DNA of 30,394 nt from Candidatus Omnitrophota bacterium (GTDB lineage: Bacteria > Omnitrophota > Gorgyraeia > JABMRG01 > JAFGKX01), in the NCBI GenBank assembly GCA_020354945.1, contig CP070655.1, positions 570,417 to 600,810 of the forward strand, read 5' to 3'. A model generated the notes under the pieces. It was given only the letters and a program-made list of their open reading frames with translations. It was not told where the DNA came from and searched no databases. The position numbers were made by a program, and so were the translations under genes. This document shows, one piece after another, positions 1-8,562 of the stretch; the stretch's first letter is position 1; each line of letters begins with the position of its first letter.

Positions 1-2
1 AA

Positions 3-689
3 CACAAAGCATTTAAAAGAATAGCTAAAATAAAAAAAGATGCAAGCATAAGTTTACCTATAAAAGGATTAAAATCTTTACCCATTTCTTTTAAAAGGGG
101 TGTGGTTAGGATAGCCATAGAAAATGTTAAAGGCAATTTGGAAGGCATAGATTACAGACACTGGGTAAAGATAGAAGATTTAATGGAAGGAGCCACGACG
201 TGTTTACATTTGCCTGGCGGCATAAACGTCGTTAAAAGGCCGAAAACAGTGCATTTCATGGTTAAAAAAAATGGCGCAGGTGGCGAATTTAAAAAAATTG
301 TGCCAGAAACGAATTTAATCAAAATACCGGGGGTAACTAAAATTTTAAAAAGATTATATATAAAATCATCCATATCGAAAACTCCACCGAGAACCTTTAA
401 TGCATCGCCGAATATAGAATACTTTGACGTCGATAAAATAAGGTTTCCGCTTAATGCCAGATTAAGGAAGCCGGCCGATAAAATGAAACCTCTGGGTATG
501 AAAAGACATAAGCGCCTTCAGGATATCTTTGTAGATGATAAGATTAAAGCCATAAGGCGTAATAGACTGCCAATAATTGTTGATGCAAGGGGCAGGATCA
601 TATGGGTATGTGGGGTGCGTATGTCCGAAGATTTTAAGGTAACTCCCCACACAGGAAAAAGTCTTAGGCTTAAATTGACACTAAGATAA
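3..689 (+). CDS. tilS: tRNA(Ile)-lysidine synthetase, C-terminal part (5' end outside window)
   Basis: The frame is open from position 3. It has TilS C-terminal-like sequence (RLRKPADKMKPLGM, KRLQDIFVDDKI, RLPII, IIWVCG) and lies upstream of ftsH as usual. Confidence 0.85.
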   Translation, partial: HKAFKRIAKIKKDASISLPIKGLKSLPISFKRGVVRIAIENVKGNLEGIDYRHWVKIEDLMEGATTCLHLPGGINVVKRPKTVHFMVKKNGAGGEFKKIVPETNLIKIPGVTKILKRLYIKSSISKTPPRTFNASPNIEYFDVDKIRFPLNARLRKPADKMKPLGMKRHKRLQDIFVDDKIKAIRRNRLPIIVDARGRIIWVCGVRMSEDFKVTPHTGKSLRLKLTLR

Positions 690-703
690 AAAAGTGTTAT
701 AAT
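675..703 (+). promoter_or_regulatory. Sigma70-type promoter for ftsH
   Basis: TTGACA (675-680), 17-bp spacer, TATAAT (698-703), with TGn just before the -10. This is an exact consensus match. Confidence 0.8.
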
Positions 704-723
704 TAAGATAAAGGTAAAAAAAG

Positions 724-2721
724 ATGTCTAATAATAGATTACGAAAGCCACAGGGTAAGCTGCCAGGAAAAGGTAAGGTAAAAAAAGTCCCTCCCGGAGG
801 GATCCTTTTATGGATTGCCATAATATTCTTGTTTATGTACCTTATACGTAGTTTGGCAACAAGCATAGAAGGCGTTCCACAGAAATTAGCATATAGTGAA
901 TTCTATAGTATAGTCGAAGCTAATAGAGAAACTCAAAAGATACAGAAGGCAACCCTTACAGAAAATAAAGTTCGTGGGATGTTTATTACCGGAGAGCGGT
1001 TTGAAGTAGACATACCTGAAAATGACCCTGATGTAATAAAACTGATGCGGGGAAATATTACCCATTTTAATGTCCAGCCGCCCCGGACATTCTGGTCAAA
1101 TATGCTTTATTCTATTGTGCCTGCTCTGTTTTTCTTTGGACTTCTGTGGTTTTTTCTATTTAGAGGCGCACAGGGAGGCGGAGGCCCTGCCGGCAGGATA
1201 TGGTCTTTCGGAAAAAGCAAGGCCAGACTTATTTTAGGCAATAAGATGAAAATTAATTTTAACGATGTGGCCGGAGTAGATGAAGCAAAGGAAGAACTTC
1301 AGGAAGTAATAGAATTTTTAAAAGACCCTAAAAAATTTCAAACCCTCGGCGGCAAAATGCCAAAAGGAGTTTTACTGATGGGCCCCCCGGGCTGCGGCAA
1401 GACATTGTTGGCAAAGGCTGTCTCGGGTGAGGCAGGGGTGCCATTTTTTAGTCTAAGTGGTTCAGACTTTGTGGAGATGTTCGTCGGGGTTGGAGCTGCC
1501 CGGGTGCGCGACCTTTTTGAGCAGGCGAAAAAATCAGCTAAAACGAGCGGCAAAGGAGCGATTATATTTATAGACGAGATAGATGCTGTAGGGCGGCAGA
1601 GATTTGCAGGAATAGGTGGAGGGCACGATGAAAGAGAGCAGACCCTGAATGCATTGTTGGCAGAGATGGATGGCTTTAGTACCGAAGCAGGGGTTATACT
1701 CATAGCCGCAACAAATAGGCCCGATGTATTAGACCCCGCACTACTGCGTCCGGGGCGGTTTGATAGACAGATAGTGGTTGATCAACCTGACATTAGAGGC
1801 AGAGAATCGATATTAAAAGTTCACGCCAGAAATATAACACTTGGTAAAGAAGTAGACTTGGCTTCAATTGCCCAGCAGACATCCGGATTTTCCGGGGCTG
1901 ATTTAGCCAACCTGATTAATGAAGCAGCCCTTTTAGCAGCCCGGCGCGCAAAAAAGGAAGTTACTGTTCCGGAACTGGAGGAGTCGATAGAGCGAGTTAT
2001 GGCCGGGCCTGAGCGAAAAAGCAGGGTTATAGACAGGTCGGAAAAAAAGATTATTGCTTATCATGAATCAGGGCATGCCCTGTTAGCTCTACTTTTCCCT
2101 GGCACAGAAAAATTACACAAGGTCTCTATAATACCTCGAGGTGCAGCAGCGCTTGGTTATACTCTTCAGAAGCCATTACAGGATAAGTACCTGCGTTCTA
2201 AAACAGAGCTTATGAATGCCATTACAGTAGCATTGGGTGGCAGGGCCAGTGAAGAATTGATATTTGGAGATATAACCACAGGAGCTCATAACGACCTTGA
2301 GATAATAACAGATTGGGCAAGGAGAATGATTTGTGAGTTTGGAATGAGCGATAAATTAGGCCAGCTTACTTTTGGAAGAAGACACCGGCAAATCTTTTTG
2401 GGAAGGGATATTACAGAGGAAAGAAATTATAGCGAGAAGACCGCGCAGGAAATAGACAAGGAAGTCCGTGGCATAGTGGATGGGTGTTATAAGCGGGCCA
2501 AAGATAGTTTAACAGAAAACAAACAGAAACTTATAAAGCTCGCCGAAGCCCTTATTGAAAAAGAGGTATTGGATGTAAAAGAGGTAATGTCTATAGTCGG
2601 CATAAAGGAAAAAAAGCAAAGGCAAGAAAAAAAGCTGCCAAAAGAAACTCCTGAGCGAGCGAAGGGAGTTATCGAAAGGGGACAAAGCGAAGGAAAGCAA
2701 GAAGAAAAGAAAAATGCTTGA
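724..2721 (+). CDS. ftsH: ATP-dependent zinc metalloprotease FtsH
   Basis: Two N-terminal TM segments, Walker A GPPGCGKT, Walker [12 protein letters not shown] motif [19 protein letters not shown], and HESGH zinc motif. Confidence 0.98.
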   Translation: MSNNRLRKPQGKLPGKGKVKKVPPGGILLWIAIIFLFMYLIRSLATSIEGVPQKLAYSEFYSIVEANRETQKIQKATLTENKVRGMFITGERFEVDIPENDPDVIKLMRGNITHFNVQPPRTFWSNMLYSIVPALFFFGLLWFFLFRGAQGGGGPAGRIWSFGKSKARLILGNKMKINFNDVAGVDEAKEELQEVIEFLKDPKKFQTLGGKMPKGVLLMGPPGCGKTLLAKAVSGEAGVPFFSLSGSDFVEMFVGVGAARVRDLFEQAKKSAKTSGKGAIIFIDEIDAVGRQRFAGIGGGHDEREQTLNALLAEMDGFSTEAGVILIAATNRPDVLDPALLRPGRFDRQIVVDQPDIRGRESILKVHARNITLGKEVDLASIAQQTSGFSGADLANLINEAALLAARRAKKEVTVPELEESIERVMAGPERKSRVIDRSEKKIIAYHESGHALLALLFPGTEKLHKVSIIPRGAAALGYTLQKPLQDKYLRSKTELMNAITVALGGRASEELIFGDITTGAHNDLEIITDWARRMICEFGMSDKLGQLTFGRRHRQIFLGRDITEERNYSEKTAQEIDKEVRGIVDGCYKRAKDSLTENKQKLIKLAEALIEKEVLDVKEVMSIVGIKEKKQRQEKKLPKETPERAKGVIERGQSEGKQEEKKNA

Positions 2722-3565
2722 TAGGCTTGATAGATATTTACTTTGCAGGAAATTTAAGTTTGCTCTTTGGAAAAAACCTTTGGTAATGGGAGTACTAAAT
2801 ATAACCCCTGATTCTTTTTCTGACGGCGGAGAACACCTTAGCCATAAGGCAGCTTATAAAAGGGCCTTGCAGATACAGCAGGAAGGCGCAGATATAATTG
2901 ATATAGGCGGAGAATCGACCCGTCCCGGCGCAAAGAGAATCAGTATTGAAGAGGAGTTGAAAAGAGTTTCACCTGTTTTAAAAAAGTTTGTTAAAAAAGC
3001 CAAGATCCCCATTTCTATAGATACAAGAAAACCCGAAGTGGCGGAGGCGGCTCTTAAAATAGGCGTTTCTATAGTGAATGATACAACCGGCCTTTTGCAA
3101 GATGAAAGAATGGCTGAAGTTATTTCACTATATAAGGCCGCAGTCATTATTATGCATATTAGAGGCACTCCCAAAACTATGCAGAATGCCCCCAGGTATA
3201 AAAACCTATTAGCTGAAATTAAAAATAGATTAAAAAAAGGTGTAATGGTAGCGACAAAGGCCGGAATTGATAAACGCAGTATAATAGTAGACCCGGGCAT
3301 AGGTTTTGGCAAGACCGTTAAACATAATCTTAAGATAATCAACAACATTAGCAAATTTAAAGAATTGGGTTTCCCGGTTATGGTCGGCCTATCCCGAAAA
3401 TCGTTTATGGGTAAAATCTTAAATTTAGATGTTAAGGACAGGCTCGTTCCCACAATTGCAAGTAATACTCTGGCTATAAAAAATGGAGCTGATATAATAA
3501 GAGTCCATGATGTGAAAGAGGCTGTTTGTATGAGAGATATGGTTTATGAGATAAACAGTTCGTAG
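2714..3565 (+). CDS. folP: Dihydropteroate synthase
   Basis: Motifs MGVLNITPDSFSDGG, GGESTRPG, DPGIGFGK, SRKSF and IIRVHDV. Confidence 0.97.
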   Translation: MLDRLDRYLLCRKFKFALWKKPLVMGVLNITPDSFSDGGEHLSHKAAYKRALQIQQEGADIIDIGGESTRPGAKRISIEEELKRVSPVLKKFVKKAKIPISIDTRKPEVAEAALKIGVSIVNDTTGLLQDERMAEVISLYKAAVIIMHIRGTPKTMQNAPRYKNLLAEIKNRLKKGVMVATKAGIDKRSIIVDPGIGFGKTVKHNLKIINNISKFKELGFPVMVGLSRKSFMGKILNLDVKDRLVPTIASNTLAIKNGADIIRVHDVKEAVCMRDMVYEINSS

Positions 3566-3639
3566 TTATGAGTTCGTACCTGCTTGCCGGCAGGCAGAAT
3601 TCATAGAAAAAATATACGAACTACGAACTAACTATGAAC
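3557..3639. repeat. Inverted heptamer array (AGTTCGT / TACGAAC) interrupted by a 20-bp palindrome
   Basis: AGTTCGT AGTTATG AGTTCGT A[CCTGCTTGCCGGCAGGCAGA]ATTCAT, followed by TACGAAC TACGAAC TAAC TATGAAC. Confidence 0.85.
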
Positions 3640-3653
3640 AATGAGGAATTGAC

Positions 3654-4487
3654 GTGCAAATATTAGATTATCTTGCCAGTATATGGAAACCAATCATAGA
3701 AATATTGATATTATGGTATTTATTTTATTTAATCCTGTTGTTCATAAAAGGAACCCGGGCCTTCCAGGTATTTAAAGGTTTAACTATTATTTTTGTAATA
3801 GCCGCTGTATCGGCTTTTTTCGTTACTCAGAAACTGGGGCTTTATGCCTTAGGCTGGATTATTGAGAGATTTTTCGGCCTTATAGTTGTGGTCCTTATTA
3901 TCCTGTTTCATCCGGAATTAAGACAGGGGTTAGCCAGGATAGGCCAGAGAGGGGTATTCAGCCTGACCATTTTGGAGCAACATATTATACAAGAGATTGT
4001 AAATGCCGTATCTTTGTTTTCTAAAAAAAGAATCGGGGCAATAATGGCTGTCGAAAGGGACGCCTCTTTAAGGATTTATATAGAAAGCGGTATTAGCCTC
4101 GACGCTCAAGTAACCAGCGAACTTCTTAACACTATATTTATGCCCAACACCCCTTTGCATGATGGCGGAGTAGTTATCAGGGCAGAGAGGATTATCGCAG
4201 CAGGATGCCTTTTTCCACTTACTGACAATCCTCATATTAGCAAAAGATTAGGTACTCGCCATAGAGCAGCTATAGGGCTTACCGAAGAGACCGATGCAGT
4301 CGTAGTAGTTGTCTCCGAAGAGACCGGTTCTATATCAGTAGCTGTAGATGGTAAATTGACCCAGAATCTTGACAGAGAAGGATTGGAGAAGATGCTAAGA
4401 AGTCTATGCAGCCCTAAGCCAAGCAAGACCAGAAGAAATATTGTCAGAATTTTAACCAGAGGAATGTTAAAAAGAAGGCCGACATAA
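3654..4487 (+). CDS. cdaA: Membrane diadenylate cyclase (c-di-AMP synthase)
   Basis: Three N-terminal TM segments, DAC motifs PLHDGG and GTRHRAAIG, and VSEETG. GTG start with GAGG upstream. Confidence 0.95.
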   Translation: MQILDYLASIWKPIIEILILWYLFYLILLFIKGTRAFQVFKGLTIIFVIAAVSAFFVTQKLGLYALGWIIERFFGLIVVVLIILFHPELRQGLARIGQRGVFSLTILEQHIIQEIVNAVSLFSKKRIGAIMAVERDASLRIYIESGISLDAQVTSELLNTIFMPNTPLHDGGVVIRAERIIAAGCLFPLTDNPHISKRLGTRHRAAIGLTEETDAVVVVVSEETGSISVAVDGKLTQNLDREGLEKMLRSLCSPKPSKTRRNIVRILTRGMLKRRPT

Positions 4488-4566
4488 TGAGTCCTGCATC
4501 TTTTTAAAGGTGCGGGACTCAAATATGGATATTAAAAAGATGCGAGGCGAACAACAAAAAGGTGCG
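4488..4566 (+). repeat. Hairpin with extra copies of its right arm
   Basis: TGAGTCCTGCATCTT pairs with AAGGTGCGGGACTCA (two G-U pairs). AAAG(G/A)TGCG recurs at 4506, 4536 and 4558. Confidence 0.7.
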
Positions 4567-4568
4567 TG

Positions 4569-5021
4569 ATGAGGACGATTTATTCTGCAATTCTTCATAA
4601 TTTATTTGTAAAGATAATAGCGTTATTTTTAGCTATTCTTACCTGGTCATATATAGCTGGTCAATTATATAAGCAGGTGCCGGAAGCACAAAGAAGCCCC
4701 CAAACAGTAGTTGCTCTTGCAGGTAAAAATGTGATTGTAAAAAGGGTGCCTGTCCATATCAATTTAATAGGTGCACCCAAGGAAGGATACCAGGTGGCAA
4801 TGGACAGGATAAGAATCGATCCGACAGAATGCGTAATGTCAGGCCCGATTGAGAAAATCGAAACTATCTTTTTTGTGACTACTGAGCCCATTTCAGTAGA
4901 GGGTCTTACAAAATCGATAAGGCAGCAGGTTAAATTGAAAGAAATACCAGGCTGCACCATTAGTAAAGAGCAGCAATTTACTGTAGCCATACCTATTGTT
5001 AGGAAAAATCTAACAGAATAG
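4569..5021 (+). CDS. cdaR: CdaR/YbbR-like regulator, single YbbR domain
   Basis: N-terminal anchor NLFVKIIALFLAILTW and YbbR-like sequence (P.ECVMSGP, VTTEPISVEG). It sits between cdaA and glmM. The start could be GTG 4566 or ATG 4569. Confidence 0.75.
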   Translation: MRTIYSAILHNLFVKIIALFLAILTWSYIAGQLYKQVPEAQRSPQTVVALAGKNVIVKRVPVHINLIGAPKEGYQVAMDRIRIDPTECVMSGPIEKIETIFFVTTEPISVEGLTKSIRQQVKLKEIPGCTISKEQQFTVAIPIVRKNLTE

Positions 5022-5095
5022 CACCGTTTCTAAAACCAATGTGTATAGGGACGTTTCTGAAACGTCCCTAACTCGGATGCTTTCAGAAACGGTGC
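5021..5095. repeat. Nested inverted repeats
   Basis: Outer arms GCACCGTTTCT (5021-5031) and AGAAACGGTGC (5085-5095). Inner TAGGGACGTTTC-T-GAAACGTCCCTA (5046-5070) has perfect 12-bp arms. Confidence 0.9.
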
Positions 5096-5104
5096 ATTTT
5101 TACA

Positions 5105-6478
5105 ATGCGAAAATTATTCGGCACTGATGGAATAAGGGCAAAGGTAGGAACCTATCCTCTTACCGAGGATATGATTTTTAAACTCGGCAAAGCCATTGGT
5201 ATTTATACATCGCGTCTTAATCCACGCAAAAGAAAACGACAAAAAATTTCAGTTATTAGAGACACCCGCGATTCCGGGAATCTATTAGAGGATGCCTTGT
5301 GCAAAGGCATTGTATCTTGCGATGTTGATGTTGTAAGATTGGGCATTATGCCAACTGCATCATTGGCATATCTAGTCAGAAAAATGAGGCACGATTTAGG
5401 CGTTGTAATATCTGCCTCTCACAATGTTGCTGACGATAATGGGTTAAAACTTTTTTCCCATAAAGGATATAAACTTTTTTTCAAGGAAGAAACCAAGGTT
5501 GAAAGGATATTATTTGAAGAGGTTATCCCCCGCCTAGGTGGCCCGCTCCCTGAATCGGAACCGATTCTTGGTAAGATAGAAGAGCAGGATCTAAAAAATC
5601 GATATATCGATTTTTTAAAAAAAATAGTCTCTGATTGCGATATTTCCAAATACAAGATAGTAATTGACTGCGCTTTTGGCGCTGCTTCATTCATTGCACC
5701 CAGCCTATTCAAAGAACTTACAAAAGAATCAATAAGTTTAAATGATACCTATGACGGCGTAAGTATAAATGAAGCCTGCGGGGCGTTGCATCCGGAGGTT
5801 GTCTCAAAAGCTGTGGTTGAGCAAAAGGCAGACTGTGGTTTTTCATTTGACGGTGATGCTGACAGAGTCATTGCCTGCGATGAAAGAGGAAAGATTATAG
5901 ACGGAGATTTTCAATTAGCTATAATTGGTAATTTTTTAAGAAAAAGAAATAACTTAAGAAAAAATAGCATCGTTGTCACCCAGATGAGCAACTTGGGATT
6001 GGATATGTGCGTAAGCCAATGGGGCGGCAAATTGATAAAGACAGAAGTTGGCGATAAATTGGTATTAGAAAAGATGCTATCGTCTAAACTTAATCTTGGC
6101 GGAGAGCAATCAGGGCATATTATCCCATTAGATTATACTACTACCGGCGATGGCATTTTGACCGCGCTTCTTATAATGAAAATTATGTCGCAGGAAAATA
6201 AACCCTTAAGCGACCTGGCTAAATGTATGTATAAATTTCCCCAAATACTTATAAATGTCGATGTAAATAGCAAAAAGCCATTTAGTGAATTGCCAAAGTT
6301 GAGTAAAATTACCTCTAAAATGGGAGAAAGATTGGGCGATTCAGGCAGGATCTATATGCGATATTCAGGGACCGAGAGCAATAAATTAAGGATAATGATT
6401 GAGGGGCAAGACCAGTTGCAGATAAAAGAAATGGCTGAAGCAATAGCCAATACTGCCAGAGAGGAATTGAGTGCCTAA
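5105..6478 (+). CDS. glmM: Phosphoglucosamine mutase
   Basis: Motifs LFGTDGIR, ISASHN phosphoserine loop, DGDADR and GGEQSGH, in the cdaA-cdaR-glmM context. Confidence 0.95.
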   Translation: MRKLFGTDGIRAKVGTYPLTEDMIFKLGKAIGIYTSRLNPRKRKRQKISVIRDTRDSGNLLEDALCKGIVSCDVDVVRLGIMPTASLAYLVRKMRHDLGVVISASHNVADDNGLKLFSHKGYKLFFKEETKVERILFEEVIPRLGGPLPESEPILGKIEEQDLKNRYIDFLKKIVSDCDISKYKIVIDCAFGAASFIAPSLFKELTKESISLNDTYDGVSINEACGALHPEVVSKAVVEQKADCGFSFDGDADRVIACDERGKIIDGDFQLAIIGNFLRKRNNLRKNSIVVTQMSNLGLDMCVSQWGGKLIKTEVGDKLVLEKMLSSKLNLGGEQSGHIIPLDYTTTGDGILTALLIMKIMSQENKPLSDLAKCMYKFPQILINVDVNSKKPFSELPKLSKITSKMGERLGDSGRIYMRYSGTESNKLRIMIEGQDQLQIKEMAEAIANTAREELSA

Positions 6479-7187
6479 GTTAGGGGTTAATATAGACCAC
6501 GTTGCAACATTACGACAAGCCAGAAGAACAATTTTTCCGGATCCGATAAAAGCTGCCTCAATGTGCGAAAGAGCCGGTGCCGATTCAATAGTTTGCCATC
6601 TCAGGCAGGATAGAAGGCATATCCGGGATAAAGATATTTACATTTTAAGAAAGACTATCAAGACAAAATTCAATCTGGAAATGTCTGCTATTGAGGAGAT
6701 TGTCAAAATAGCCCTTAAAGTTAGGCCAGATGAAGCAACGTTGGTTCCGGAAAGAAGAAAAGAGCTCACTACAGAGGGCGGACTTGATGTCATAAAATAC
6801 AAAAAAAAGGTTGCTAAGGTAGTAGAAAGATTATTAAAAAGGGCAATTTACGTAAGTCTATTTATAGACCCGAATAAAAGGCAGATAGAGGCATCGAAGG
6901 ATGTTGGTGTGCCATTTATAGAGATTCACACAGGCAGCTATGCAGATGCAAAAGATATAAATAAAAGAAAAGCCCAACTTAATAAGATAAAAGAAGCTGT
7001 AAGATACGCTAAATGTTTGGGAATAAAAGTAAACGCAGGGCATGGCCTTAATTATGATAACGTAAAAGATATAGCAAAGATACCAGGGATAGAAAATTTG
7101 AACATTGGCTTTTCAATTATATCAAGAGCAGTCTTTGTCGGATTGGATAATGCTGTATCAGAGATGAAAAGGTTAATTATAAAATGA
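6471..7187 (+). CDS. pdxJ: Pyridoxine 5'-phosphate synthase
   Basis: Motifs LGVNIDHVATLRQAR, DRRHI, LTTEGGLD, EIHTG and NAGHGL. Confidence 0.96.
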   Translation: MPKLGVNIDHVATLRQARRTIFPDPIKAASMCERAGADSIVCHLRQDRRHIRDKDIYILRKTIKTKFNLEMSAIEEIVKIALKVRPDEATLVPERRKELTTEGGLDVIKYKKKVAKVVERLLKRAIYVSLFIDPNKRQIEASKDVGVPFIEIHTGSYADAKDINKRKAQLNKIKEAVRYAKCLGIKVNAGHGLNYDNVKDIAKIPGIENLNIGFSIISRAVFVGLDNAVSEMKRLIIK

Positions 7188-7573
7188 TAATCGGAACAGG
7201 CATAGACATAGTAGAGATATCCAGAGTAAAAAACGCCACCGTCAACTGGAAAGATAAGTTTTTAAAAAGGGTTTTTACAAATAAGGAGATTGGTTATTCT
7301 AAAGAAAGGCCTTATTCATATCAGCACCTTGCGGCAAGATTTGCTGCAAAAGAGGCAGTGCTTAAAGCATTTGGAGACGGCTGGAATAAACGTGTGGAAT
7401 GGACAGATGTTGAAATCTGGAATGAAAAATCCGGCAAACCAATAGTTAAACTTTACGGCAATGTTAAAAAGATGAAAGAAAAGATGAAGGTGGACGATAT
7501 AATTATAAGCTTATCCCATACCCGCACTTATGCTGTAGCCAGCGCAATACTAGTAAGGAATGACAAAATTTAA
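7184..7573 (+). CDS. acpS: Holo-ACP synthase
   Basis: Motifs GTGIDIVEI, LAARFAAKEA, GKP and SLSH. Confidence 0.96.
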   Translation: MIIGTGIDIVEISRVKNATVNWKDKFLKRVFTNKEIGYSKERPYSYQHLAARFAAKEAVLKAFGDGWNKRVEWTDVEIWNEKSGKPIVKLYGNVKKMKEKMKVDDIIISLSHTRTYAVASAILVRNDKI

Positions 7574-8423
7574 TATTGCAAAAAGAAGAAAAAAGGATAC
7601 CCACAAGGGAGATTACGGTCATCTACTTATCATAGCCGGCTCTGTAGGAATGAGCGGAGCTGCTTTTTTGGCATCAGAAGCTGCTTTGCGTTCCGGCTGC
7701 GGTTTAGTAACACTAGGCCTACATGAAAGTTTGAATATAATAGCTGAAAAAAAATTGACCGAAGTCATTACAAAACCATTGCCGGAAACGAAACAGAAGT
7801 CCTTAAGCAAAGAAGCGTTATCTAAGATTATAGAACTTTTAAAGAAAAAAAATGCAGCAGCGATCGGACCCGGTCTTTCACAACATAAACAGACAAAAGC
7901 TCTCCTTTTAAGTTTATTGCCAAAGTTGAATGTACCCGCTGTTTTAGATGCGGACGGTCTCAATGCATTAATTGGCAGGCTTTCTATTATTAAAAAAATA
8001 AAATCCCCTCTGGTGATGTCTCCCCATCCTGGAGAAATGGCCAGGTTGATTAAAGTTACATCTAAGTTAATACAAAAAAACAGGAAAAAGGTCGCTTCAG
8101 ATTTCGCAAAAAAATATGATGTTACATTAGTGCTTAAAGGTTATAATACCGTGGTAGCTGACCCGCGCAACAAGACATATGTGAATAAAACAGGAAACCC
8201 TGGCATGGCAACGGCAGGAAGCGGCGATGTCTTAACAGGTATCATAGGTTCTTTTTTGGCTCAAGGAACTACACCATATGAAGCTGCTAAATTAGCAGTT
8301 TATATTCACGGTTTAGCAGGCGATTTAGCTGCTAAAGAAACAGGAGAAGTTTCTTTAATAGCAGGGGATATATTAGCAAAGGTCCCAGAGGCGATAAAAA
8401 AAATAAAGAAAATGCCGGCGTAG
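7560..8423 (+). CDS. nnrD: ADP-dependent NAD(P)H-hydrate dehydratase (stand-alone, no epimerase domain)
   Basis: Motifs HKGDYG, IGPGL, DADGLN, PHPGEM, LVLKG and GSGDVLTG. Confidence 0.92.
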   Translation: MTKFNIAKRRKKDTHKGDYGHLLIIAGSVGMSGAAFLASEAALRSGCGLVTLGLHESLNIIAEKKLTEVITKPLPETKQKSLSKEALSKIIELLKKKNAAAIGPGLSQHKQTKALLLSLLPKLNVPAVLDADGLNALIGRLSIIKKIKSPLVMSPHPGEMARLIKVTSKLIQKNRKKVASDFAKKYDVTLVLKGYNTVVADPRNKTYVNKTGNPGMATAGSGDVLTGIIGSFLAQGTTPYEAAKLAVYIHGLAGDLAAKETGEVSLIAGDILAKVPEAIKKIKKMPA

Positions 8424-8489
8424 CTCAGTTGGTAGAGCACCTCACTTGTAATGAGGATGTCGGGGGTTCGACTCCCTTCGCCGGCTCCA
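8414..8489 (+). tRNA. tRNA-Thr (anticodon TGT)
   Basis: 76-nt cloverleaf: acceptor GCCGGCG/CGCCGGC, D-arm TAGCTCAGTTGGTAGAGC, anticodon arm CCTCA-CTTGTAA-TGAGG, T-loop GTTCGAC, and encoded CCA. Confidence 0.97.
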
Positions 8490-8490
8490 G

Positions 8491-8562
8491 TTTAAATAGG
8501 GACAGCAACCGTTTAAAAACGATTTCTGCCCCTATTTTAAACGGTCGCTGCCCCTATTTAAA
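8491..8562. repeat. 28-bp inverted repeat with tandemly duplicated right arm
   Basis: TTTAAATAGGGACAGCAACCGTTTAAAA (8491-8518) pairs with TTTTAAACGGTCGCTGCCCCTATTTAAA (8535-8562), 26/28. CTGCCCCTATTT occurs twice. Confidence 0.9.

Noticed and set aside
689-724. No hpt between tilS and ftsH
   Set aside because: A direct tilS-ftsH arrangement is common and not remarkable.
788-802. TCCCTCC-C-GGAGGGA palindrome in the ftsH 5' region
   Set aside because: 7-bp arms are expected by chance in 30 kb, and Pro-Pro-Gly-Gly codons naturally produce this pattern.
3557-3639. Repeat arrays as a CRISPR array
   Set aside because: The units are 7 nt, there are no unique spacers of regular length, and there are no cas genes.
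4525-4569. 14-codon ORF MDIKKMRGEQQKGA overlapping the cdaR start (TGATG)
   Set aside because: It has no SD and is made of the repeated hairpin arms, so it is likely incidental.
5529-5545. CCGCCTAGGTGG near-palindrome in a variable glmM linker
   Set aside because: Too short and imperfect to assign to the CCCGCC family without an orthologue alignment.
8414-8562. tRNA-Thr as an integration site for an island
   Set aside because: There is no integrase, I saw no duplicated tRNA 3' end, and core genes continue directly.
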